Positions 55,236 to 63,745 of a DNA stretch of 63,745 bases are shown here, one piece after another. A program made the position numbers and the translations under genes. Position 1 is the first letter of the stretch. The number at the start of each line of letters is the position of its first letter. Under the pieces are notes generated by a model. That model was not told the DNA's origin. It did not search any database and saw only the letters and a list, made by a program, of their open reading frames with translations. This DNA comes from an uncultured Lachnospiraceae bacterium (GTDB lineage Bacteria; Bacillota; Clostridia; Lachnospirales; Lachnospiraceae), in assembly GCA_905235545.1 (NCBI GenBank), contig CAJOMI010000001.1:1-63745 (forward strand). The letters run 5' to 3'.

Positions 55236-56900
55236 ATGAAGAGATCAGAAGGAAAGAAGAAAAAAAAGATAGGAAAAAGATTACGTCTGTTTACAACAAT
55301 TGTAATATTGACATTGACTATTATTTTAATTGGTAGTTCCACGGTACTGAATGTTATTTTTTTAAAAAACTTTTATAACGATAAAACGATGCAGATCGCA
55401 AAAGAAGCGGCAGATATGGTGGACCCGGAATATATCAGTGAATTATATGCAGCAATTTCGACAGAAGAGTATCGTCAAATATTTCAAAGAGCAGAGGAAC
55501 AGAATGACTTCTCAGAGGTTGAACAGTGGATGGACGAAAAAGGCTTTCGGACAGAATTTGAACAGGAGATTGCCAAGTTAAAACAATTGGGAGAAAATAT
55601 GTCAGCGAAATATATTTATGTTCAAATCGTGGAGGGGGATAAGTGCTTTACGATTTTAGACCCGTATGAAGAATATATTTCAGTTGGATGTGTAGATGAG
55701 CTTACAGGCAGCGCTTATGAAGATATTCATGGAAACCAACAGGTAACTCCTATCGTGGCAAAAACGGAATATGGCTGGTTGTCGACCGGAGGACAACCTA
55801 TTTACAACACGTCAGGGGACCCGATTGCGATTGCGTTCTGTGATGTTGATGTGACGGATATGGTCAACAATATTGGAAGGACGGTATATATTAATGCAGC
55901 TATAAGTTTATTGATGGCATGTTGTATTTCTCTCTATATGGGAAGACATATCAAAAGAGAAATTACGTCTCCCATTGAAAAACTTACGGATGCGGCAGAT
56001 GACTTCCGAAACGATGAGGCAGGCTTTTCAAAAGATAAGGTTGCTTTTTTGGATATAAATACCGGTGATGAGATTGAAGAATTATATCATGCTATACATT
56101 TCATGCAGGAAAGTATTATAGAATATATGGATAATCTGACCACGATTACAGCGGAGAAAGAGAGAATCAGTGCAGAGCTGGATGTGGCGACACGCATTCA
56201 GGCAAGTATGCTTCCAACAGTATATCCGGCCTTTCCGGATCAAAAAGAGTTTGATATTTATGCATCCATGAAACCCGCGAAGGAGGTGGGCGGTGATTTT
56301 TATGATTACTTTTTAATAGATGATGATCATCTGGGAATTGTGATCGCGGATGTTTCGGGAAAGGGAGTACCTGCTGCACTCTTTATGATGATGAGCAAGA
56401 TTGTAATATCGAACTTTGCGCATATGGGACTTTCGCCGTCGGAAGTCTTGAAGAAGACGAATGACTATATATGCAAGAGCAACGAAGAGGAAATGTTTGT
56501 AACGGTATGGTTTGGAATTATGGAAATATCGACCGGGCATATTGTGGCAGGAAATGCAGGGCATGAATATCCTATGATCCGGAGAAAGGATGGAGACTTC
56601 GAGATCATGGAAGATAAGCATGATTTTGTGCTTGGCGGTATAGCAGAGATGTCATATACAGAGTATGCGTTCGATTTGGAAAAGGGAGATACTCTTTTCA
56701 TCTATACGGACGGATGTCCGGAAGCGACAAATGAGCAGAATGAACTCTTTGGTACAGACCGTATGTTGGAGGCATTGAACAGAAATGCCGATGCAGATCC
56801 AATAGAGATTTTGGAAAATATGACAAGTGCAGTAAATGATTTTGTGAAGAGTTCCCCACAATTTGATGATTTGACCATGCTTGCGTTGAAATTTGTATGA
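55236..56900 (+). CDS. membrane-bound PP2C (SpoIIE/RsbU-type) phosphoserine phosphatase with extracytoplasmic sensor and HAMP-like linker
   Basis: TM LFTTIVILTLTIILIG, a Cache-like segment, a second TM, then ELDVATRIQASMLP…EVGGDFYDYFLIDDDHLGIVIADVSGKGVPAALFMMM…LFIYTDGCPEA…DDLTMLALKF. Confidence 0.8.
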   Translation: MKRSEGKKKKKIGKRLRLFTTIVILTLTIILIGSSTVLNVIFLKNFYNDKTMQIAKEAADMVDPEYISELYAAISTEEYRQIFQRAEEQNDFSEVEQWMDEKGFRTEFEQEIAKLKQLGENMSAKYIYVQIVEGDKCFTILDPYEEYISVGCVDELTGSAYEDIHGNQQVTPIVAKTEYGWLSTGGQPIYNTSGDPIAIAFCDVDVTDMVNNIGRTVYINAAISLLMACCISLYMGRHIKREITSPIEKLTDAADDFRNDEAGFSKDKVAFLDINTGDEIEELYHAIHFMQESIIEYMDNLTTITAEKERISAELDVATRIQASMLPTVYPAFPDQKEFDIYASMKPAKEVGGDFYDYFLIDDDHLGIVIADVSGKGVPAALFMMMSKIVISNFAHMGLSPSEVLKKTNDYICKSNEEEMFVTVWFGIMEISTGHIVAGNAGHEYPMIRRKDGDFEIMEDKHDFVLGGIAEMSYTEYAFDLEKGDTLFIYTDGCPEATNEQNELFGTDRMLEALNRNADADPIEILENMTSAVNDFVKSSPQFDDLTMLALKFV

Positions 56901-56960
56901 AGCGAACAAGGCATTTATCTCGTTAGTGAATCTTGGAGTGATGTTGAGGAGGTATATTTT

Positions 56961-57392
56961 ATGAGTAGCAAGGAAGAATTAGAAATTGAAGCGGTGGTGG
57001 AAAATTTACCGCGGGTACTTGATTTTGTGAATTGCAATTTGGAAAACAAAGATTGTCCACAAAATGTGCGGGTGCAGATTGATATTGCAGTAGAGGAGAT
57101 CTTTGTCAATATAGCATCCTATGCGTATCAACCGGGAAAAGGTCCGGCGTGTATTGAAGTTGAGGTAAAAGACGATCCACTTTCTGTGGAACTAACATTT
57201 ATCGATGGAGGTGTACAGTATGATCCGTTGGCGAAGGATGACCCGGACATTTCAATGTCGGTTGATGAGCGTGAGATTGGCGGACTTGGAATTTTTATGG
57301 TGAAACAAACTATGGATTATGTAGAATATGAATATGTAAATGGCAGGAATATTCTAAGGATAAAGAAAAATTTTGACAACGAAGAGCAATGA
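56961..57392 (+). CDS. RsbW/SpoIIAB-like anti-sigma factor / STAS serine kinase (HATPase_c_2)
   Basis: 143 aa. …VQIDIAVEEIFVNIASYAY…FIDGGVQYDP…GGLGIFMVKQTMDYVEYEYVNGRNILRIKK matches the anti-sigma regulatory kinase pattern. Confidence 0.75.
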   Translation: MSSKEELEIEAVVENLPRVLDFVNCNLENKDCPQNVRVQIDIAVEEIFVNIASYAYQPGKGPACIEVEVKDDPLSVELTFIDGGVQYDPLAKDDPDISMSVDEREIGGLGIFMVKQTMDYVEYEYVNGRNILRIKKNFDNEEQ

Positions 57393-57455
57393 GAATAAGA
57401 AGAATGGATGCAGATGTATTTTTCTGCAGTATTCTTTAATGTTAGGATGATGCGA

Positions 57456-58601
57456 ATGAGAAAATATAAGATATTCGTAAGTTCGGTTATTTTAGTGCTT
57501 TTCTCCATAATAGTCAATACAATGGATTTGACAGTGTATGCGACTCCCGTATCAGGTGTTCATGAAGAATATGAGGAGGCGAAAAATCAGGCCGAGATGG
57601 ATGATTTGACGGTAAGCAGGCTGATTGAACGGATAGCGGAGATGAATAGCGAAATGATAGAAGATGCCGAATTGATCGAACGGACATTTCAGGAATTGTC
57701 CGACCTTGAGAAAAAGACGAAAGAGTCCGAACAACGGCTTGAGGAATATGAAGATGACTATGAAATGGCAAAAGAGTATCTTTATAAAAATATTCAAATG
57801 GAATATGAATCAGGTGTCCGCAAGAGTTTATTGCTTTCCTTTTTGGACTCGGAGTCGATAATGGATTTTCTGCATCGCACGGAGTATCATGATGCTGTTC
57901 ATACATATATCGATGAGAGGATGTTTTCCTCTGAATGGATGATCGAGCGGTCGGAAAAAGAGAAAGAAAATCTTTCGGAAATAACAAATGCAAAGAAGAT
58001 AGAACTGGAAAAATATGAAAGTCAAAAAGAAGTTCTTAGTGAAAAGGTGACCGAGCTTTCCATCATGATGCAGGAAGCGAAGGAGATGGCAGATTCCTCC
58101 AAAAAATTTGAAGAAGAACTTGAGAAAAAAATAGCGGAAATGGAAGAACAGGAGCGGGAACTGACCAGACAGGGCGGGAATAACGGAGATAACAGTAATG
58201 TTGATTATACAGGGAATGGCACAAAGTATTATTATGAGTCGGCATATCCATATACTGATACCGAACTTACGTTGATGGCAGGAATTATTCAGGCAGAGGC
58301 AGGCAGTACAAGCTATCCGGGGATGATTGCGGTTGGGAGTGTTGTCATGAATCGTGTGGCAAGTCCCCGATTTGATAATACGATTGAAGGTGTGATCTAT
58401 GCCAAAAGTCAGTTTGAACCGGTAGCAACCGGAAGACTTGCCGTAATTCTTGCAAACGGTCCGGAAGCTTCGTGTTATACGGCTGCAAAAGATGTTTTAA
58501 GCGGGAAACGCAATGTCCCTAATTATTATTTTAAAGCTGCATGGTATGCAAGGGAGCATGGTATACAGGGAGTTGAGATTGGAGGAAATGTGTTTCATTA
58601 A
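57456..58601 (+). CDS. secreted cell-wall hydrolase: coiled-coil N-terminal region + SleB/Hydrolase_2 domain (ORF opens at 57408)
   Basis: The signal peptide MRKYKIFVSSVILVLFSIIVNTMDLTVYA fits ATG 57456, which follows AGGA. The C-terminus LTLMAGIIQAEAGSTSYPGMIAVGSVVMNRVASPRFDNTIEGVIYAKSQFEP is the SleB-type hydrolase signature. Confidence 0.7.
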   Translation: MRKYKIFVSSVILVLFSIIVNTMDLTVYATPVSGVHEEYEEAKNQAEMDDLTVSRLIERIAEMNSEMIEDAELIERTFQELSDLEKKTKESEQRLEEYEDDYEMAKEYLYKNIQMEYESGVRKSLLLSFLDSESIMDFLHRTEYHDAVHTYIDERMFSSEWMIERSEKEKENLSEITNAKKIELEKYESQKEVLSEKVTELSIMMQEAKEMADSSKKFEEELEKKIAEMEEQERELTRQGGNNGDNSNVDYTGNGTKYYYESAYPYTDTELTLMAGIIQAEAGSTSYPGMIAVGSVVMNRVASPRFDNTIEGVIYAKSQFEPVATGRLAVILANGPEASCYTAAKDVLSGKRNVPNYYFKAAWYAREHGIQGVEIGGNVFH

Positions 58602-58732
58602 GTTTCATTAAGTACCGGCGGCTCCAAAGCACCTGTTTGTGGAATCTGTACAATATGTACAATCTAATATATAATATTAATGAGTTTCACAATTATCTAG
58701 AGATAAGGAGAGTTGAAGGGAGATATAGAACT

Positions 58733-59689
58733 ATGAAAAACAGAAATGCTGTTTTACCAATGTCTCAGGAAATGTTGAAAATAATATCTGACTGTGGGTA
58801 CAGAAAAGTAAAACCGGATGATCAGGTATTATTTGATTTGTATTATGATAAGATGAATCAGCCATGGTCAGCTGCGACCAGTTTTTTGAATGCAGTTGTA
58901 TGGGAGGAGAGCTTACCTGTATATTTTAAAGAATATGAAGGAGTCATAATTGGAATTTGTTATATAGCCGAAGAAAAAAAACTGGTGGGAATACCTTTTA
59001 TCGGACATTATACCGATGCGTCGGTTGCACGTTCCTTTGCAGTCTTAAAAAAAGATCTGCAAGCGCTACATGCACCGGTTGTCATCATGGATGTGACGAA
59101 ATGGATGTTGCCATATTATGAGTCGATAGAGGGGGAAGCTTTTGATGTGGAAGACAGACGTGACTACATGGAATATATCTATCAGACGGAAAGTTTTGAA
59201 GCAGGGATGAATAAGCAGGATGACCGATATCGCTATCATTATTTCATGCGTAAGTTTAACTATGAAACGGAGGAGATCACAAAGGATCATCGTGAGGAGA
59301 TTTTTGAATTTATGGAGCAAATCTGGTGCGGAAACAGAGACTGCAAGGAATGCGATTTTGGATGTCTTCTGGATGGAACGGACCGTGTTCTTTCGGTATA
59401 TGACCGCATCCGAGCTGATGGAATATTGGTGCGTGTAGATGGGAAAATGGTAGGATTTTGTATCGTGACGAAACGTATGGGGCAGGGCGTATATCAGTTC
59501 AAACATGCGCTCAAGCAATATAAAGGAATCAATGAATATTTGTTAAGGGAATGCTATGAGCGATTTCTGAAGGACGTGGATTTTATTAATTATACAGAAG
59601 ATTGTGGAATTGAAAGTCTCAGAAGATATAAGATGAACCTGGCAGAAGAATATTCATTGTCTTCCAGACTGACACTCGTGGAAAAATAA
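58733..59689 (+). CDS. DUF2156 / LPG_synthase_C-like protein, paralogue B (ORF opens at 58637)
   Basis: Alignable end to end with 51244-52203 (DDRYRYHYF, GILVRVDGK, KGINEYLLRECYERFL, INYTEDCGIESLRRYK). ATG 58733 follows GAAGGGAG. Confidence 0.5.
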   Translation: MKNRNAVLPMSQEMLKIISDCGYRKVKPDDQVLFDLYYDKMNQPWSAATSFLNAVVWEESLPVYFKEYEGVIIGICYIAEEKKLVGIPFIGHYTDASVARSFAVLKKDLQALHAPVVIMDVTKWMLPYYESIEGEAFDVEDRRDYMEYIYQTESFEAGMNKQDDRYRYHYFMRKFNYETEEITKDHREEIFEFMEQIWCGNRDCKECDFGCLLDGTDRVLSVYDRIRADGILVRVDGKMVGFCIVTKRMGQGVYQFKHALKQYKGINEYLLRECYERFLKDVDFINYTEDCGIESLRRYKMNLAEEYSLSSRLTLVEK

Positions 59690-59756
59690 ATGATAATTCT
59701 TTTATGTTTCAGTATCATAACATCGGAGAGATCCATACTCTAGTAATAGATAAAGT

Positions 59757-61547
59757 ATGGATCTTTTTATGATTGAAAGTAAAATGAGCCCGGAATTGTT
59801 AATGGCATTGGGTATTGCGGAAGAAGAGAGGAAAAAAAGTCTGAATCTGAATGTGGGATACAGTACTGCATCAGATCTGTGGGAACTGATCATTCGCTAT
59901 ACGGGAAACCTGATCGCAATTCGGGAAGAACTTGAAATCCGGATCGAGGAATTATTGGGCGGATATGCAGTGATCCGGATTCCTGAATTTCTGATCGGCA
60001 GACTTTCCGATTATTCGGAAATTGACTATATAGAAAAGCCGAAGGCGCTCCTTTTGTCGGAGATGGAAGGCATTCGTCAGTCTTGTGTCAACAGGGTTCG
60101 GTTGCCGGATTATGATCTGACCGGACGTGGTGTGTTGGTGGCTTGCCTCGACTCCGGAGTGGATATCTATCATCCGGATTTTCGAAATGCTGATGGTACG
60201 ACAAGGATTGTTACACTTTGGGATCAGACCGTGCCGGGCAATCCACCGGTCGGATATACCATTGGGAGCGTGTATTCTGCACAGGATATCAACATGGCTT
60301 TAGAGGAAGGGGAAAGTGGACGTGGTTTGTCGGCAAGTCGTATTTACAGGAACTTAGTCTATCCGGTAAGTGACCGGGTGCCGGAATATGATTCGACCGG
60401 ACACGGAACTGCTGTCCTCGGAATTATGGCAGGAAATGGAAATGCATCGAATGGAGAGATTGTAGGTGTAGCACCGGAGGCAGATATCATTGTAGTGAAA
60501 CTTGGAAATACAGATGACAGGGGATTTCCCAGGACCACACAATTGATGCGCGCCATTGACTATTCGGTGCGATATGCAATCGAGGTCGGGAAACCGCTTG
60601 CAATCAATGTCAGTTTTGGAAATAATTACGGTGCGCATAATGGAGATTCCATATTGGAACGGTATATCGATACCGTATCCGGACTGCATAGAATATCGAT
60701 TGTTGCAGGAACCGGAAATGATGGTATGACTGCACGTCATACGTTTGGAACGCTCCGAAGCGGCGCGACGGAAAGTGTAGAGATCTTTGTGTCAGACTAT
60801 GTGAGTTCTTTTAATTTGCAGATATGGAAGCATTATCAGGATGTTTTTTCCATATCCATAGAATCCCCGACCGGGAGGCGAATCGGCCCGGTTTCCGTCT
60901 ATGCCGGTGTGCAGGAATATATTCTTCCGGAAGATATTATTACAATCTATTACGGAGAACCGACGCCGTATAATCCGGAGCAGGAAATCTATCTCTCATG
61001 GATTCCAAGGGAGACATATATTACATCAGGAATTTGGAAGATAGAGGTGGAACCGCAACGTATCATTGCAGGTGATTATAATATGTGGCTTCGCAGTACC
61101 ACGGCTGAAGTATCCTTTGTCCGCGCATCGAAGTTCAACACGTTGGTGATCCCCTCCACTGCAAGGTCTGTGATATCGGTTGCTGCCTATGACTCGAGAA
61201 ATGATACCTTCGCGGCTTTTTCCGGAAGAGGACCGAGTCTTGAAATGGAGTTGCCACAAGGAGTCGGGAAACCGGATCTCACCGCACCGGGAGTTGCCAT
61301 CAACACTTGCATGGTGGGTGGCGGGTACGGTGTTGTTTCCGGTACCTCCTTTGCCGCTCCGTTTGTGACAGGTGCTGCCGCACTGCTGATGCAGTATGGG
61401 ATTGTGGATGGGAAGGATCCGTATTTCTATGGTGAAAAGATACGGGCAAACCTGATCAAGGGGGCACGCAGATTGCCATTTCAGGAACAACAGCCCTCTC
61501 CAAGAGTTGGGTGGGGAGCTCTTTGTGTGGCTGACAGCCTGCCATAA
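59757..61547 (+). CDS. subtilisin-family (S8) serine protease with Csp-like N-terminal prodomain
   Basis: Catalytic triad contexts VLVACLDSGVD, DSTGHGTAVLGIMAG and VSGTSFAAPFVTGAAALL. The N-terminus WELIIRYTGNL…LLGGYAVIRIPEF…IDYIEKPKAL resembles clostridial Csp germination protease prodomains. Confidence 0.75.
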   Translation: MDLFMIESKMSPELLMALGIAEEERKKSLNLNVGYSTASDLWELIIRYTGNLIAIREELEIRIEELLGGYAVIRIPEFLIGRLSDYSEIDYIEKPKALLLSEMEGIRQSCVNRVRLPDYDLTGRGVLVACLDSGVDIYHPDFRNADGTTRIVTLWDQTVPGNPPVGYTIGSVYSAQDINMALEEGESGRGLSASRIYRNLVYPVSDRVPEYDSTGHGTAVLGIMAGNGNASNGEIVGVAPEADIIVVKLGNTDDRGFPRTTQLMRAIDYSVRYAIEVGKPLAINVSFGNNYGAHNGDSILERYIDTVSGLHRISIVAGTGNDGMTARHTFGTLRSGATESVEIFVSDYVSSFNLQIWKHYQDVFSISIESPTGRRIGPVSVYAGVQEYILPEDIITIYYGEPTPYNPEQEIYLSWIPRETYITSGIWKIEVEPQRIIAGDYNMWLRSTTAEVSFVRASKFNTLVIPSTARSVISVAAYDSRNDTFAAFSGRGPSLEMELPQGVGKPDLTAPGVAINTCMVGGGYGVVSGTSFAAPFVTGAAALLMQYGIVDGKDPYFYGEKIRANLIKGARRLPFQEQQPSPRVGWGALCVADSLP

Positions 61548-61620
61548 CGTACAGCTTGTAAAAACGGTCTGTTGTGATATGCATCATGATAACACTTGGA
61601 TTTTATTCTGCAACAGAAAA

Positions 61621-61655
61621 CCCCCTCCAACCTGATCTGACAGGTTAGAAGGGGG
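61621..61655 (-). terminator. intrinsic terminator hairpin between convergent genes
   Basis: CCCCCTCCAACCTG (61621-61634), 6-nt loop, CAGGTTAGAAGGGGG (61641-61655), a 14-15 bp stem with two mismatches. On the minus strand it is followed by TTTTCTGTTG. Confidence 0.65.
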
Positions 61656-61700
61656 CAACGTCCGGCTTAACCGAATGACATTGGCTGTGAAGCGTAGCGA

Positions 61701-63455
61701 TTATCCGAGTTCACAGATAATCTCTTTAATTTCACCGTTTCTTACCTTTTCGGCAAGTTCACCGGTCAGTTTGGTTCCGTAAGAAGTTCCGTCAATCTGG
61801 ATATCGGTTACGGCAACTCCATTTTCACCATAGGTACTCTTGTGAGCAGGGTTCTTATAGGTAACCTTTGTGTTGGAGCAAAGCTGGAATTCTACTTCGC
61901 CGTTGTCGTCGAACAGCCAGTCAACCAAAGCAGGCTGTAAGCGGAAAGTCAGTTCGCCATTCTCTACAGTAAATGGATTCTTGCCTGCCATCATCGTGCT
62001 CCACATAGAAAGAACCTCGGTATTGGAACCGGAAAGTCTTGCCTGGAATCCTCTTCCGTGAGTAGATGGATCCGGATTCAGGCTGGAAGCGATGAAGGAG
62101 GAATTTTCCAGAGTGCTTCTTCCGTATACGGCAGGATCCACAAACGGGATAAATACCGTCTGTAATTCCTCGTAGAATGCATCATATAAGCCGGCTTCCA
62201 GAATACCTAATTGATACTTGTAAGCCATGTGAAGGAATATGCTTTCTCTCTCCAGCCAACCGGCGGTGAAGGCACGTACACGTCCGTTTTCCATGCTGAG
62301 TGCATCGATCGGTACACTGGTCTTGTACATCTTCAGTTTCCTGTCATAAAGATCACTTGCCTTTACGGTCTTTACCAGATTGAGAGCTTCCTCTTTGTCG
62401 GATAAGGTCTTTAGGTATCTTGCCGGTCCCTCTAAGAAGGCAGGGAGTTTAACAGGGGTAAGATGATTGACCTTAACGGCAGGAAGACCATAATGTGTCA
62501 GAACCGGATTGCCTTCGGCATCCTTTACCACTTCGTAATCATCTGCCTCGTATGTAATATAGGTCGGCATCAATCCATCTCCGAATTCTTTTGCCTTCTG
62601 GATACCCTTTAAGATCTTCTCATGGGCATTGTCTAAATATTCTTTCAGTTCTTTTCCGGAGAGGGTTTCCTCTTTTCCGGTCATGGTGATCCATACCCTG
62701 TCACGATAATTCTCGCGAACGGTAGCCACTGCATCCCAATACTCAAAATCAGACAGTTCGCCGGCTTTATAAGCGGATAACTTGGCAGCGGTTTCACGGA
62801 TCAGATAAGCAATCTCTTCCGGAAGAGCGTAATCCTTGGACGGATCGATCTCATCCGCCAGGAAGTGTACGATACGCTCTAATTCCATTGTCTCTGCAAT
62901 ACCGCTTCCGATCAGACCCGGAAGTCCGTTCATGGCGTCATTCCATCCCGGTTTGCCACCTTCCATCTCGACACCCATACCTTCCGGATCCAAGGTCGCG
63001 AATTTGATGGCTGCAAGGAATAACATCTTGGTAAACAGAGATACTTCGATGATATTGCCGTTTTCATCTTTTAACCAGTTGGTATCATTCTCGTCAAAGT
63101 CCTCCCGTCGACTCTTTTCCACATCTTTTTTCAGAGCGCCGTACTGTCTTACTTTGCCGTTGTTATCTACATATTTTTCACTTCTCGGCATAACCTTTTC
63201 CACACTGTCATAGAAACGGTAAGTTGCATTGCCATATAAGAATTCCTCTTTCTTGTCCGGGAAGATACGAAGATAATCTTCCACCAGATCGAAGTTGTAG
63301 TCAAAGTGGTCACTCCAGTAACCTTCTCCAAACTTCGCCTCAATATTCTGGGAGCAAAGCTCGGTCACTTCCTGTAAAAATGCATCCTCATCGATGGCAA
63401 GTTCGATATTCTTGCGGAAGATAGAGGGTGAAACGTCCCTGTACAAATCCGGCAA
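61701..63455 (-). CDS. C-terminal ~584 aa of a large conserved protein, possibly an (alpha/alpha)6 glycoside phosphorylase/hydrolase-like enzyme
   Basis: Long minus-strand ORF. GGKPGWNDAMNGLPGL resembles the GWND motif region of GH94-type phosphorylases. The function call is weak. Confidence 0.4.
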   Translation of the reverse strand: MPDLYRDVSPSIFRKNIELAIDEDAFLQEVTELCSQNIEAKFGEGYWSDHFDYNFDLVEDYLRIFPDKKEEFLYGNATYRFYDSVEKVMPRSEKYVDNNGKVRQYGALKKDVEKSRREDFDENDTNWLKDENGNIIEVSLFTKMLFLAAIKFATLDPEGMGVEMEGGKPGWNDAMNGLPGLIGSGIAETMELERIVHFLADEIDPSKDYALPEEIAYLIRETAAKLSAYKAGELSDFEYWDAVATVRENYRDRVWITMTGKEETLSGKELKEYLDNAHEKILKGIQKAKEFGDGLMPTYITYEADDYEVVKDAEGNPVLTHYGLPAVKVNHLTPVKLPAFLEGPARYLKTLSDKEEALNLVKTVKASDLYDRKLKMYKTSVPIDALSMENGRVRAFTAGWLERESIFLHMAYKYQLGILEAGLYDAFYEELQTVFIPFVDPAVYGRSTLENSSFIASSLNPDPSTHGRGFQARLSGSNTEVLSMWSTMMAGKNPFTVENGELTFRLQPALVDWLFDDNGEVEFQLCSNTKVTYKNPAHKSTYGENGVAVTDIQIDGTSYGTKLTGELAEKVRNGEIKEIICELG

Positions 63456-63745
63456 GTGCTTTCTTGTCCGCGTCAGACTTGGCAGCTTTCGAAAGCAGTG
63501 TATCCAGGTCAGACTCCTTATCCGGCAGTACGGAGAAAGTAGAAGAGCGGATCTCCAACGGGTTGTAACCGTCTGCCTGCACCAGACTGAAGAAAGTCTT
63601 TACGTTGAAATCACCGACTTCCGGATGGAAGAATACGTCATTTCTGCGGTTCTGGTTCACGTCACGGAAGTTACCGTTACCCTGTGAATAATATTCTCCG
63701 GCCGTTGAGAAGAAGTTGTAGTCACGCTCCGGATCGCCGTGCTTT
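63388..63745 (-). CDS. upstream part of the same minus-strand gene in a different frame (runs off the right edge)
   Basis: The frame is open from the window edge (KHGDPERDYNFFSTAGEYYSQGNGNFRDVNQNRRND…) to a stop at 63388. It overlaps the 61701-63455 ORF by 68 nt. Confidence 0.4.
   Translation of the reverse strand, partial: KHGDPERDYNFFSTAGEYYSQGNGNFRDVNQNRRNDVFFHPEVGDFNVKTFFSLVQADGYNPLEIRSSTFSVLPDKESDLDTLLSKAAKSDADKKALAGFVQGRFTLYLPQEYRTCHR

Noticed and set aside
58647-58675. Direct repeat TGTACAAT (58647) and TGTACAAT (58656), followed by TATAAT (58670), upstream of the second DUF2156 gene.
   Set aside because: It may be an internal promoter. However, its 9-bp phasing, different sequence and different spacing mean it is not a copy of the regulon element. 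It is a single occurrence, so significance cannot be judged.

Overview
All genes except one at the right edge lie on the + strand, and the gene content looks Clostridia/Lachnospiraceae-like. The core (about 18.1-51.1 kb) is a headless contractile injection system (CIS, phage-tail-like). It encodes a DUF4255 cap-like protein, a DUF4280 PAAR-like tip, sheath, tube, a chaperone pair, a second tube-domain protein, a tape-measure-like protein and two tube-initiator paralogues. It also encodes a gpD-like hub, a VgrG/gp5-like spike, gp25, two large baseplate wedge proteins, a gpI-like protein and two Afp15-like AAA+ ATPases. There are no capsid, portal, terminase, integrase or recognisable tail-fibre genes.

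The strongest signal is at the DNA level. One promoter architecture, TGTGAC-N5-TGTGACT-N10-TAnAAT (7-bp direct repeats at 11-bp phasing, pho-box-like), occurs five times. Each copy sits in an intergenic gap upstream of a + strand operon, with repeats starting near 1953, 8583, 17930, 31265 and 51122. These copies tie the CIS to three accessory operons of unknown function. A sensor-less histidine kinase and a REC-winged-helix response regulator at the left end (468-1935) are the obvious candidate regulators.

Other unusual features:
- A STAS protein and a membrane-anchored HATPase protein sit where tail fibres normally are.
- The matching PP2C phosphatase and RsbW-like kinase lie 17 kb downstream, and no sigma factor is in the window.
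- A 2077-aa five-module repeat protein is bracketed by the two ATPases.
- A canonical A_AAT_TTT -1 slippery heptamer joins the two chaperone ORFs.
- A tube-domain protein carries seven W-x-F-D repeats.
- Two giant paralogous anchored proteins have G/N/D/T low-complexity spacers.

I saw no rRNA, tRNA, CRISPR array or transposase. All family assignments come from motif recognition by eye and need HMM or structure confirmation.
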